Under the pieces are notes generated by a model, which worked only from the letters and a program-made list of their open reading frames with translations, was not told the origin of the DNA and did no database searches. The translations under genes were made by a program, and so were the position numbers. 64,000 nucleotides of DNA from Bacteriovorax stolpii. Its GTDB lineage: Bacteria; Bdellovibrionota; UBA1018. The stretch covers positions 10,193 through 74,192 of the forward strand of contig CAMAQA010000002.1 of the NCBI GenBank assembly GCA_945860415.1, in the 5' to 3' direction. Below, piece by piece: positions 36,085-43,864 of the stretch (positions are counted from its first letter, which is position 1; each line of letters starts with the position of its first letter).

Positions 36085-36582
36085 ATGAGCAAGGAAGGAC
36101 AGTCTCGCGGGGTGCGCCGTGTGCAAGTTCGCAAGAATACAGGGACAGTTCATGGTCGGCATGAGGCCGAGCTCTCATCGGCCCTTGAGGCCATCGAGCG
36201 AGCGGGCATGCGCCGTACCCAGCCTCGAATCGCGATCTTGAAGGCATTGATTGCCGAGCACGGACCTTTCAGTGTCGACGAGCTTCGTGAGTTCTCTCTT
36301 CTTGATGGAGTCGATCGGGTGACCGTTTACCGAGTCTTGACGGCATTTGAAGAGCTGGGCCTGGTGCGCCGGTGTGAGTTCGGCGACGGCACCTCGCGCT
36401 ACGAGTTCGCGGGTGGTGGCCACCACCACCATCACGTCATCTGCAAAAAATGCCGCAAAACGGAAAACGTCGACGAGTGCATTCCTGACGCGATCATCCA
36501 GCGCGTTCGCAAGCTGGGCTACGACGACGTCTCGCACACCCTCGAGTTTTTCGGGGTGTGCAAGACCTGTCGTGCGGCTTGA
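36085..36582 (+). CDS. zur: Fur-family metalloregulator, probably Zur
   Basis: Winged-helix motifs RRTQPRIAILKAL and RVTVYRVL, a His-run (HHHHH), and two CxxC pairs (CKKC, CKTC). The Zur assignment comes from context only. Confidence 0.75.
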   Translation: MSKEGQSRGVRRVQVRKNTGTVHGRHEAELSSALEAIERAGMRRTQPRIAILKALIAEHGPFSVDELREFSLLDGVDRVTVYRVLTAFEELGLVRRCEFGDGTSRYEFAGGGHHHHHVICKKCRKTENVDECIPDAIIQRVRKLGYDDVSHTLEFFGVCKTCRAA

Positions 36583-36630
36583 TTGAGATCCTGTTCGTGT
36601 ACCAGTCGGCAGTGAGTTGCCGTTTGGGAT

Positions 36631-36660
36631 TCTCAATCGGCAATATGTTGCCGATTGAGA
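36631..36660. repeat. 30-bp inverted repeat (13-nt perfect arms, 4-nt spacer)
   Basis: TCTCAATCGGCAA-tatg-TTGCCGATTGAGA. A weaker CGGCA-n6-TGCCG sits at 36607-36622. Either a zur terminator hairpin or an operator. Confidence 0.5.
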
Positions 36661-36682
36661 CAATGTCGGATACTCTCTCTGG

Positions 36683-37816
36683 ATGAAGCGTTATGAGCGC
36701 AGGCTCGATCTCAAAAAGCTCCTCGCCAAGAACTCCTTGTTCCTTTTTGGCCCTAGGGGGGTTGGAAAGAGCTTTCTGATTCGTGAGACGCTTCTTGGAC
36801 TCAAGACCTACAATCTTCTGGATGATGAGGTTTTCGACAAGCTGATGCGTCGTCCGAAAGCTATCGAGGAGGAGCTGGCATCTGGCACTCGTACTGTGGT
36901 CATCGACGAGATCCAGAAGCTTCCCAAGCTTCTGGATGAAGTGCATCGACTCATCGAGGAGCGAGGAATTCGATTTCTCCTCACCGGAAGTTCGGCGCGC
37001 AAGCTGAGGCGAGGGGGGGCTAATCTCCTTGCTGGCAGAGCGTGGGAGAGCCATCTCTATCCATTGATTCGAAACGAGATCGATCAGTTCAGCCTAGATC
37101 GCTATTTGAACGTGGGGGGGTTGCCTCGGGTCTACCTTTCTGACGAACCACGCGAGGAACTCAAAGCATACGTTCGCACCTACCTGATGGAGGAAATCAA
37201 GGCCGAGGCGCTCGTTCGTTCTTATGAGCGGTTTGTTCGCTTTTTCGAGGCCATCGCCCAGTCGAATGGAAAAGAGATCAACTATCAGAACCTATCGAAG
37301 GATTCGGGGGTTCCAGTGCGGACCATTGAAGGCTACATCGAGGTGCTTCGGGATACATTGGTCGGTTTTGAGCTCCTGCCCTTCACCAAAACGGTGACTC
37401 GGAAAGCTGTGAGCCGCTCGAAGTTTTACCTCTTTGATGTGGGGGTGGCGAATTACCTCAAGGGCCTTGAGAAAATCGTTCCTGCAAGCAGTGACTTCGG
37501 CGATGCGTTCGAGCACTTCATCATTACCGAGGTCCGGGCCTACAGCTCTTATTCGAGACGAGACCTGAAGTTACAGTACTGGCGCTCGAAGGATCGTGAA
37601 GTGGACCTGATCTTTGGTTCTTCAGCGATCGAAATCAAGAGCACGGAGCGGATACGTGACGAGGACTTCAAGGGGCTCAAGGCCCTGCGCCAGGAGAAGC
37701 TCCTCAAAAACTATTTTCTCGTGAGCCGCAGCAAAAACGAGGGAGTGACCGACAATATCCGTTATCTTCACTACGAGACCTTCCTCGCCGAGCTCTGGGC
37801 GGGAAAGGTCTCGTAG
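36683..37816 (+). CDS. AAA+ ATPase (AAA_14 plus DUF4143 architecture)
   Basis: Walker A GPRGVGKSF and Walker B VVIDEIQK. The C-terminal DUF4143-like region is assigned from memory of the family. Confidence 0.75.
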   Translation: MKRYERRLDLKKLLAKNSLFLFGPRGVGKSFLIRETLLGLKTYNLLDDEVFDKLMRRPKAIEEELASGTRTVVIDEIQKLPKLLDEVHRLIEERGIRFLLTGSSARKLRRGGANLLAGRAWESHLYPLIRNEIDQFSLDRYLNVGGLPRVYLSDEPREELKAYVRTYLMEEIKAEALVRSYERFVRFFEAIAQSNGKEINYQNLSKDSGVPVRTIEGYIEVLRDTLVGFELLPFTKTVTRKAVSRSKFYLFDVGVANYLKGLEKIVPASSDFGDAFEHFIITEVRAYSSYSRRDLKLQYWRSKDREVDLIFGSSAIEIKSTERIRDEDFKGLKALRQEKLLKNYFLVSRSKNEGVTDNIRYLHYETFLAELWAGKVS

Positions 37817-37863
37817 CCATGGTCTGTTTGAAAAGTGCGGCTGTCGCGCGGCTCGAGCTGGGA

Positions 37864-39837
37864 TCAGAGCCGGGCCTGAACTCCGACGATGAAGTTCCTG
37901 CCCGGAAGCGGTGCCACGTCCTTCACGAACGAGACATGGTTTCGCGCTTCGACGTTGAATGCGTTGTTGAGGCGTGCCGTCAATCTCAGGGCTCCAAATC
38001 CGGTGGTTACCGGCATCTCGGCTCCGACGTTCAGCATCGTGTAGGCAGGCGTCTTCTGCTCGTTGGTCGCGAGCTGGGTCTGGGCCTCGGAGCGCTGGAT
38101 TTCGATGTCCGCTGCGATCGAGTTGCTGCGATAATTCAGCCCCACCGTTTCACGCACCGGAGTCACGCGTGGCAGGAACGTCTTATCGGAGCGGTTGAAG
38201 CCGCGCACCAGGTCGAGGCGCGTTTCGAGTTCCCAGATGCCGTTCCAGAGATTCCAGGGAAGCTGCTCGCGAAGCTCGAACTCGGCGCCATAGAGGGCGG
38301 CTGAGATTGGGCGGAACTCGTATTCCGCGAAGCCACTGTCGCCGTCGGTCTGGCCATTCGGAATGAGACCAATGAACCGGGTGAAGTTCTGCGCGAAGAG
38401 CGTCGCACGACCTTCGCTCTTGCCGACCTGCCTTCGAAGCGAGAACTCTACTGAGCGGCCGATCTCACGCTTCAGATCGGCATTGCCGATTTCGTACGTG
38501 CTGGTGGCCATATGCGCACCGAGCGCGAAGAGCTCCTGGTAATTCGGGGCACGCTCGGTGAACGAGGTGTTCAGTCCCAGGCTGTAGACCTCATTCAGGC
38601 GATACAGCGTTCCGAGCGACAGGCTGGGCGTGATGAAGCTTCGCGCAGCCGCAGCTCCGAATGCGGCCCCGCCCTGTGAATTCACGCGCGAGTATTCGCC
38701 TCGGAGTCCGAAGTTGTGGGTCCAGCTGCCGATCGGCAGTTCTTCGAAGGCGAACAGCGCGCCCTGGACATTTTCGGTCGTCGGAAGAAAAGCTTCTTCT
38801 CCTGAAGCACTCAGCCGAAACGCCAGCGTTTGCAGGCCGACGATGCCTTGGACGGCACCCCAGGGACGATGGCGAAGATCTGCGCGGATTTCTCCGCCCG
38901 AGTTGCGAAAAACCGTTCCTTCTTCGGCACCCCCGCCGCCCCCGTCGTCGTGGCCTTCTTCGGTGTGCTTGTAATACGAGAGGGCGCCGGCGACCCGCCC
39001 CGACTCCACCCAGCCGCCGGTCTTGAATTCACCCGAAAAGTCGATGCGCTGGCGATTGAGTTCAATGACGACGTCTTCCTCTTTCACGACTCCGTAGTGT
39101 GTTCCGAAGCTCGAGAACGAGGTGCCCCAGTAGCCGTTCTCGGTGATCCGACTGATACCCAGCGCACCCTCGAGGGTTTCGGCTTCGCTGTTGGTGACCG
39201 TGCGGACCGGGGTGCGGTAGTCTTCCGAAGCGCGCAGGATGCCGTCGAAATGGTATGCCCATTCGCCGACGCTGTGGTTGACGAGAAGCCCGAGGGTGCG
39301 GCCCGAATCAACCGTGGAGTAACGCGAGTCGAACTTGATCTTCGAGTCGTACTGAAGGCGGGTCGGAATCCGCGAGCTGACCGTATTGACCACGCCACCG
39401 ATGGCGCTCGATCCGTAAAGAAGGGCTCCTGAGCCGCGAATGACCTCGACACGGTCGACCAGAAGCGGGTCTCCGGCCACGGCATGATCGGCGCTGGTGC
39501 CGGAGGCATCGAGCGTGCCGAGGCCGCCCTGGAGCACGCGAATGCGGTCGCCATCGAGCGCACGAATGATCGGTCGGCTCGAGCCGGGCCCGAACTGAGT
39601 CGAAGTCACGCCGGTTTCGCGAGAGAGCGTCTCGCCCAGGGTCTGAGCGCGCTTTTTGTCGAGCTTGCGTCCGGAAAGCTCGCTGATGGTCGGCACAAAG
39701 TCTTGAACGGATTTCTTCTCAGTGCCGGAGATTCCGAGCACGGTGATCTCGGGAATCTCGAGCTCATCGGGTTCTGCGGCAACCAGCAGCGAGCTGGCGA
39801 GAAGGGTCGGGGCCATCAGGGCAAGTGTCTTTTTCAT
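37864..39837 (-). CDS. TonB-dependent receptor 2 (ZnuD-like candidate)
   Basis: Signal peptide from ATG 39837, a plug domain and a beta-barrel ending …FIVGVQARL. Contains a His/Asp/Gly-rich segment, HTEEGHDDGGGGGAEEG. Confidence 0.85.
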   Translation of the reverse strand: MKKTLALMAPTLLASSLLVAAEPDELEIPEITVLGISGTEKKSVQDFVPTISELSGRKLDKKRAQTLGETLSRETGVTSTQFGPGSSRPIIRALDGDRIRVLQGGLGTLDASGTSADHAVAGDPLLVDRVEVIRGSGALLYGSSAIGGVVNTVSSRIPTRLQYDSKIKFDSRYSTVDSGRTLGLLVNHSVGEWAYHFDGILRASEDYRTPVRTVTNSEAETLEGALGISRITENGYWGTSFSSFGTHYGVVKEEDVVIELNRQRIDFSGEFKTGGWVESGRVAGALSYYKHTEEGHDDGGGGGAEEGTVFRNSGGEIRADLRHRPWGAVQGIVGLQTLAFRLSASGEEAFLPTTENVQGALFAFEELPIGSWTHNFGLRGEYSRVNSQGGAAFGAAAARSFITPSLSLGTLYRLNEVYSLGLNTSFTERAPNYQELFALGAHMATSTYEIGNADLKREIGRSVEFSLRRQVGKSEGRATLFAQNFTRFIGLIPNGQTDGDSGFAEYEFRPISAALYGAEFELREQLPWNLWNGIWELETRLDLVRGFNRSDKTFLPRVTPVRETVGLNYRSNSIAADIEIQRSEAQTQLATNEQKTPAYTMLNVGAEMPVTTGFGALRLTARLNNAFNVEARNHVSFVKDVAPLPGRNFIVGVQARL

Positions 39838-39866
39838 GGAGAGGAAAGCTATCGAGGAGGTTTCTT

Positions 39867-39887
39867 TAATGCAACTATTTTGCACTG
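39867..39887. promoter_or_regulatory. candidate Zur-type box F
   Basis: taaTGCAActattTTGCActg, 33 nt upstream of the TBDR-2 ATG, in the divergent gap. Confidence 0.5.
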
Positions 39888-40024
39888 AGGGATTCGACCG
39901 GAAGACGGAGGATCATCAGGTGACCAAATCTTGGACACTGCCCAGGCGGCTCTTCGGGCGATTTTCCTGTCCTTTTCCGGGTGGCACCGGCGGTGCAACT
40001 CCGAGGGGCGAAGGAATCAACCCG

Positions 40025-40504
40025 ATGTTCATTCGCTCACGTTTTGTCCTAGTTCTTGTCCTGCTCCTGTCTGTTAGCGGAGCTCGTGCTGCGGATTCTG
40101 ATTCCGTTGCGCTCGAAATGACCGGATTTCGAATGGAACAGGACGGGCTTCACGCCACGACCTGGAGCTTTCGTGATCAGCTCAAGCTGATCATCTCCAA
40201 GAAGCGTTTCATGACCGAGAAGGCAGCCCAGGAATTCTGCAAATCCTATCGAAGCACGCTCGATACCGAATTCAGCGCCCTGCTGATTGCGATGTCAGGC
40301 GCCTCCAGCCAGAGCAAGGTTTTGCATGAATCCATTTCTTGGAAGATCCAGGATCGTTCCGGAATCTGGCAATGGGTGGGAAAAGATCGGCAGATCCTGG
40401 TCCTGACCGATGGCGAAGGGATGCGTGAAGAAGTGATCAGCGAGAAGCAGCTGACGAAACTCGCCCCTGAGGGCGTTCCCGCTATTTGCGTCTCTCAGAG
40501 CTGA
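40025..40504 (+). CDS. secreted hypothetical protein (159 aa)
   Basis: ATG 40025 gives the signal peptide MFIRSRFVLVLVLLLSVSGARA. An in-frame ATG at 39869 with a strong AGGAGG is an alternative start. Confidence 0.5.
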   Translation: MFIRSRFVLVLVLLLSVSGARAADSDSVALEMTGFRMEQDGLHATTWSFRDQLKLIISKKRFMTEKAAQEFCKSYRSTLDTEFSALLIAMSGASSQSKVLHESISWKIQDRSGIWQWVGKDRQILVLTDGEGMREEVISEKQLTKLAPEGVPAICVSQS

Positions 40505-40536
40505 CGCGCCGAGCTGCCAAAAGGTACCGGATACCG

Positions 40537-40574
40537 AAAAAAAAACCCGGCCACGCGAGTGACCGGGGGTTTTG
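40537..40574. terminator. bidirectional rho-independent terminator
   Basis: An A-run, the stem CCCGG…CCGGG, then a T-run (aaaaaaaaaCCCGGccacgcgagtgaCCGGGggtttt), lying between convergent genes. Confidence 0.65.
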
Positions 40575-40592
40575 AATTCTTGCTGAGCGAGC

Positions 40593-40826
40593 TTAGTTCG
40601 AGAGTTCCGACAGCTCGTCCAGTGGGTTGGAGTCCACCGGGGCTTTCTTCACTTCCACCTTGCCTGCTGCGATCTCGCGCAGCGAGGTGACGATGACGCG
40701 ATTCTTGCTCTTCACGAGCGGCTCGGAACCCTTGTAAAGCTGGCGGGCGCGGCGAGTGGCGACGTGGACCAGCTCGTACATGTTCTCGACTTTTGCGAGG
40801 CAATCTTCGATCGTGACGCGTGCCAT
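40593..40826 (-). CDS. rpoZ: DNA-directed RNA polymerase subunit omega
   Basis: [10 protein letters not shown]…[22 protein letters not shown] 8 nt upstream of ATG 40826. Confidence 0.85.
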   Translation of the reverse strand: MARVTIEDCLAKVENMYELVHVATRRARQLYKGSEPLVKSKNRVIVTSLREIAAGKVEVKKAPVDSNPLDELSELSN

Positions 40827-40863
40827 CAGACTCACTCCTTAAAAGGTTATCGAATTCCGTGGG

Positions 40864-42693
40864 TTACCCCAAGGATTCGTCCCGGTCAAGGGCGGGGTCG
40901 CCCGCCGGGCTTTCCGAGGCCTGAAACAGCGCCAGAACGGCATCGGGATGGAGCTCCTCGATCTGCCTGCGACGAAGCTTCTGGGTGTGGGTGATCTCGC
41001 CGGACCGGACCGAAAGCGACTCGGGAAGGATCACAAACCGACGAATGCGCTCGTAAGGGGCAAGGCCGGCGTTCAGTTCCTCGACCTCGCTCTGGACCAG
41101 GGCCCGGATCTTGGGGTGGTTGACGAGCTCCGGGAAACGGCTGAACAGGATCTGGCGCTCGGTGCAGAATTTGATGATCTCATCACGGCGAAGGGTGATC
41201 AAGGCCGCCAGATGGCTTCTGCGGTCTCCGAGGACCACGAAGTCCTCCAGATACCTGCTGGAGCGCGCACGGTTCTCGATCTTTTGGGGAGCGATCGTGC
41301 GGCCGCTGGAGAGGATGATCATGTCCTTCTTGCGATCCGTGATGTGAAGACGGCCTTCGGTGTCGAGGTAGCCGAGGTCGCCCGTATGAAGCCATCCGTC
41401 TCGGACAATCTCGGTGGTCGTCTCGGATCGATTCCAGTAGCCGAGAAACGGCTCTTTCGAGCGCGCGACGATCTCGCTGTCGGAAAGGATCTGGATCTCG
41501 ATGCTCGGCAGGGGGCGGCCCACGCTTCCGAATGCCGGCAGCGCGGGATCATTGATCGCGATCGGACCGCAGGTTTCGGTCAGACCGTAGCCCTCGAGGA
41601 CGCGGACTCCGAGCAGGTCGAGCTCGCGAGCGAGGTCCGGTGGCAGCGGCGCACCGCCGCTGATGGCGAATTTCAGTCGTCCACCCAGGCGTTTCTGGAC
41701 TCCCTTGATCACGGTCTGCTGCGCCAGCAACGATTCTGCCGTATCCGCCAGGCTCGGGCGTTCGTGGGCTTCGCGCGACGCCGCCACCCGGCGAGTGGCA
41801 TCGATCAGTCGCTCGATGATGGCACGCTCGGCAGCGGGCTTCGAGTCGATGTTCTCCTGGATTCCGGAGAGAATCCTTTCAAAGAGCTTGGGAACACCGA
41901 AAAGCAACGAAGGCTGTACCTCGGCGATTTCGGTTTCGATGAGGTCGACGCGAGTGGAAAAGCAGGTCTTCCAACCGAAGACAAAGCCGATGGCGAGTTC
42001 AAACTGCCCGAAGATGTTGGCGAGCGGAAGAACCGTGTAGGTCGTTTCCTGCTCGGTCTGCAGGTGCGACCGGAAGAGCTCCGCGCAATCGTGGAGGCCG
42101 CACATGAACTGCGCCTGAGAAATCATCGAGCCCTTGGGTTCGCCCGTGGTTCCTGAGGTGTAGACCAGCAGGAACAAGGCCTGCGGGTCGGCATTCCAAA
42201 GTCGCTTTTCAACGCCCTCGCGTCCGCCGGTTGCGAGCATTCCCCGACCACGTTCGAGGAGTTCCGGAAGTTCTCCGAACAGCAGCACCTGCTTATCGAC
42301 CAGTGCTTCCGGGCGATGTCGTGAGAGTCGATCTCGGAGAGCCGGTGATTCCAGGCAGATCAGCGTGGCCCCTGAATCACGGAAAATCGCCGCGAGTTCT
42401 TCATCCGACTGTACGGGCGAAAGGGGCACTGGCACCGCACCGCAGGCGATGACCGCCCATTGAAGCCGCGCGAAATCAACTGAGGTATTGCCCACGATCG
42501 CGACCCGCTCGCGGGCATGGATTCCGCGCTCTTCAAGCACCAGGGCCAGGCTGAGGATGTCGCTGACGATCTTGGAATAGCCGTGATCGACCCAGCGCGA
42601 CTCGACGCGCTCGCTGAAGGCGATCGCATCGGGGGTGGAATCACGGCGTGAAAGCAGGGTGCGGGTGAGTGTGGATTCGAGGATGAGAGGCAT
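40864..42693 (-). CDS. long-chain fatty-acid--CoA ligase (AMP-binding family)
   Basis: AMP-binding motif YTSGTTGEPKG. Other motifs: GYGLTE and TGDLGYLD. Confidence 0.85.
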   Translation of the reverse strand: MPLILESTLTRTLLSRRDSTPDAIAFSERVESRWVDHGYSKIVSDILSLALVLEERGIHARERVAIVGNTSVDFARLQWAVIACGAVPVPLSPVQSDEELAAIFRDSGATLICLESPALRDRLSRHRPEALVDKQVLLFGELPELLERGRGMLATGGREGVEKRLWNADPQALFLLVYTSGTTGEPKGSMISQAQFMCGLHDCAELFRSHLQTEQETTYTVLPLANIFGQFELAIGFVFGWKTCFSTRVDLIETEIAEVQPSLLFGVPKLFERILSGIQENIDSKPAAERAIIERLIDATRRVAASREAHERPSLADTAESLLAQQTVIKGVQKRLGGRLKFAISGGAPLPPDLARELDLLGVRVLEGYGLTETCGPIAINDPALPAFGSVGRPLPSIEIQILSDSEIVARSKEPFLGYWNRSETTTEIVRDGWLHTGDLGYLDTEGRLHITDRKKDMIILSSGRTIAPQKIENRARSSRYLEDFVVLGDRRSHLAALITLRRDEIIKFCTERQILFSRFPELVNHPKIRALVQSEVEELNAGLAPYERIRRFVILPESLSVRSGEITHTQKLRRRQIEELHPDAVLALFQASESPAGDPALDRDESLG

Positions 42694-42698
42694 GCCGT

Positions 42699-43184
42699 CT
42701 ACTTTCGAGTCATCTTGCGTTTCAGGGCGACGTCCATTTCGCGCTTGGCCGACCGCTCCTTCAGGTCCTGGCGCTTGTCATGGTGCTTCTTGCCCTTGGC
42801 CAGGCCGATCTCGACCTTGGCGCGTCCCTTCTTAAAGTACATCCGAAGGGGGATGAGTGTCAGCCCTTCCTGGGTGATCGCGCCGAAAAGCCGGTCGATG
42901 TCCTTTCGCGCGATCAGGAGCTTTCGTTTCCGGAGCGGCTCGTGGTTGTAGATGTTGCCGTGGCTGTAGGGCGCGATGTGCATCTGGAGGAGCCACGCTT
43001 CGAGGACATTGGTTCCGTGCGTCGGAAAGATGTCGATGTAGGCATCCTTGAGGCTCGAACTCTGCGTGCGCAGGCTCTTGACCTCGGTGCCCGTGAGCAT
43101 GATTCCGGCCTCGAGCGTTTCCTGGATGAAGTAATCCGCGCGAGCCGTCGAATTCGTGGCGATGAGTTTCTCCGCCTCGGCCAT
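42699..43184 (-). CDS. smpB: SsrA-binding protein
   Basis: …EAGIMLTGTEVKSLR…, …LLQMHIAPY…, and a basic C-terminal tail. Confidence 0.9.
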   Translation of the reverse strand: MAEAEKLIATNSTARADYFIQETLEAGIMLTGTEVKSLRTQSSSLKDAYIDIFPTHGTNVLEAWLLQMHIAPYSHGNIYNHEPLRKRKLLIARKDIDRLFGAITQEGLTLIPLRMYFKKGRAKVEIGLAKGKKHHDKRQDLKERSAKREMDVALKRKMTRK

Positions 43185-43861
43185 CAGCTCTTCCTCTTTT
43201 CAGAATTCACGGGCTGCGCCACGCCTAGCGACAGGATGGTTCGAAATGCATCCTCCACGCCCATTTTGGCATCGCGCACCTGCGATTCGGGGACGATCAG
43301 GTAGAAACCGCCCGTGGGATTGGGCGTGGTCGGTACGAAGACGTTGAGGCATCCCTCCGGGAGCTGCGCATTTCGCGCATTTCCGGTCACGAAACCCAGC
43401 GTCCAAACGCCCTGGCGCGGGTATTCGAGGTACACCACGCGGTTGAACTGCTGCCCGCCTCCAGAGCCAAAAGCCCGCAGCATCTGATCCAGTGCGCTGT
43501 AAACGCTTCGGACCACCGGAATCCGCTGGATGAGTTCCGAGAGCAGGTCGAGGAGTTTCTGGCCGAGGTAGTGCTGCGAGATCCATCCCAGCAGAGAAAT
43601 CAGGAAGGCGAGCCCGATCGAGAGCGCGGCCGTGAAGGCCAGCTTCAGCGCCGCCGACCACGGATGATCTTCGCCCAGAAGGCTGTCACGGAGGCTCTCC
43701 GGAAGCAGCTCTTGAAGCGACCACAGGAACTGGGCAAAGCCCGAGAGCATCCAGAGAATCACGGCAAGCGGAATGAGGATGAGCAGTCCTGAAACGAAAT
43801 GGGCGCGAAAGAGCGTTCGAAAATCAGGAAGTCGCGGCACCCTCAATTTGAGTCGTTCCAT
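43184..43861 (-). CDS. DUF502-family membrane protein
   Basis: Two N-terminal TM helices and the RIPVVRSVYSALDQ motif. Confidence 0.7.
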   Translation of the reverse strand: MERLKLRVPRLPDFRTLFRAHFVSGLLILIPLAVILWMLSGFAQFLWSLQELLPESLRDSLLGEDHPWSAALKLAFTAALSIGLAFLISLLGWISQHYLGQKLLDLLSELIQRIPVVRSVYSALDQMLRAFGSGGGQQFNRVVYLEYPRQGVWTLGFVTGNARNAQLPEGCLNVFVPTTPNPTGGFYLIVPESQVRDAKMGVEDAFRTILSLGVAQPVNSEKRKS

Positions 43862-43864
43862 TTT

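Noticed and set aside
36631-36660. The 30-bp inverted repeat as an eighth Zur-type box
   Set aside because: The spacing is N4 (not N5), and the core is CGGCAA/TTGCCG (not TGCAA/TTGCA). It lies after the zur stop. It is treated as a separate element, either a terminator or another operator.
40948-42156. 402-aa plus-strand ORF
   Set aside because: Antisense to the AMP-binding ligase gene. No motifs. GC artefact.
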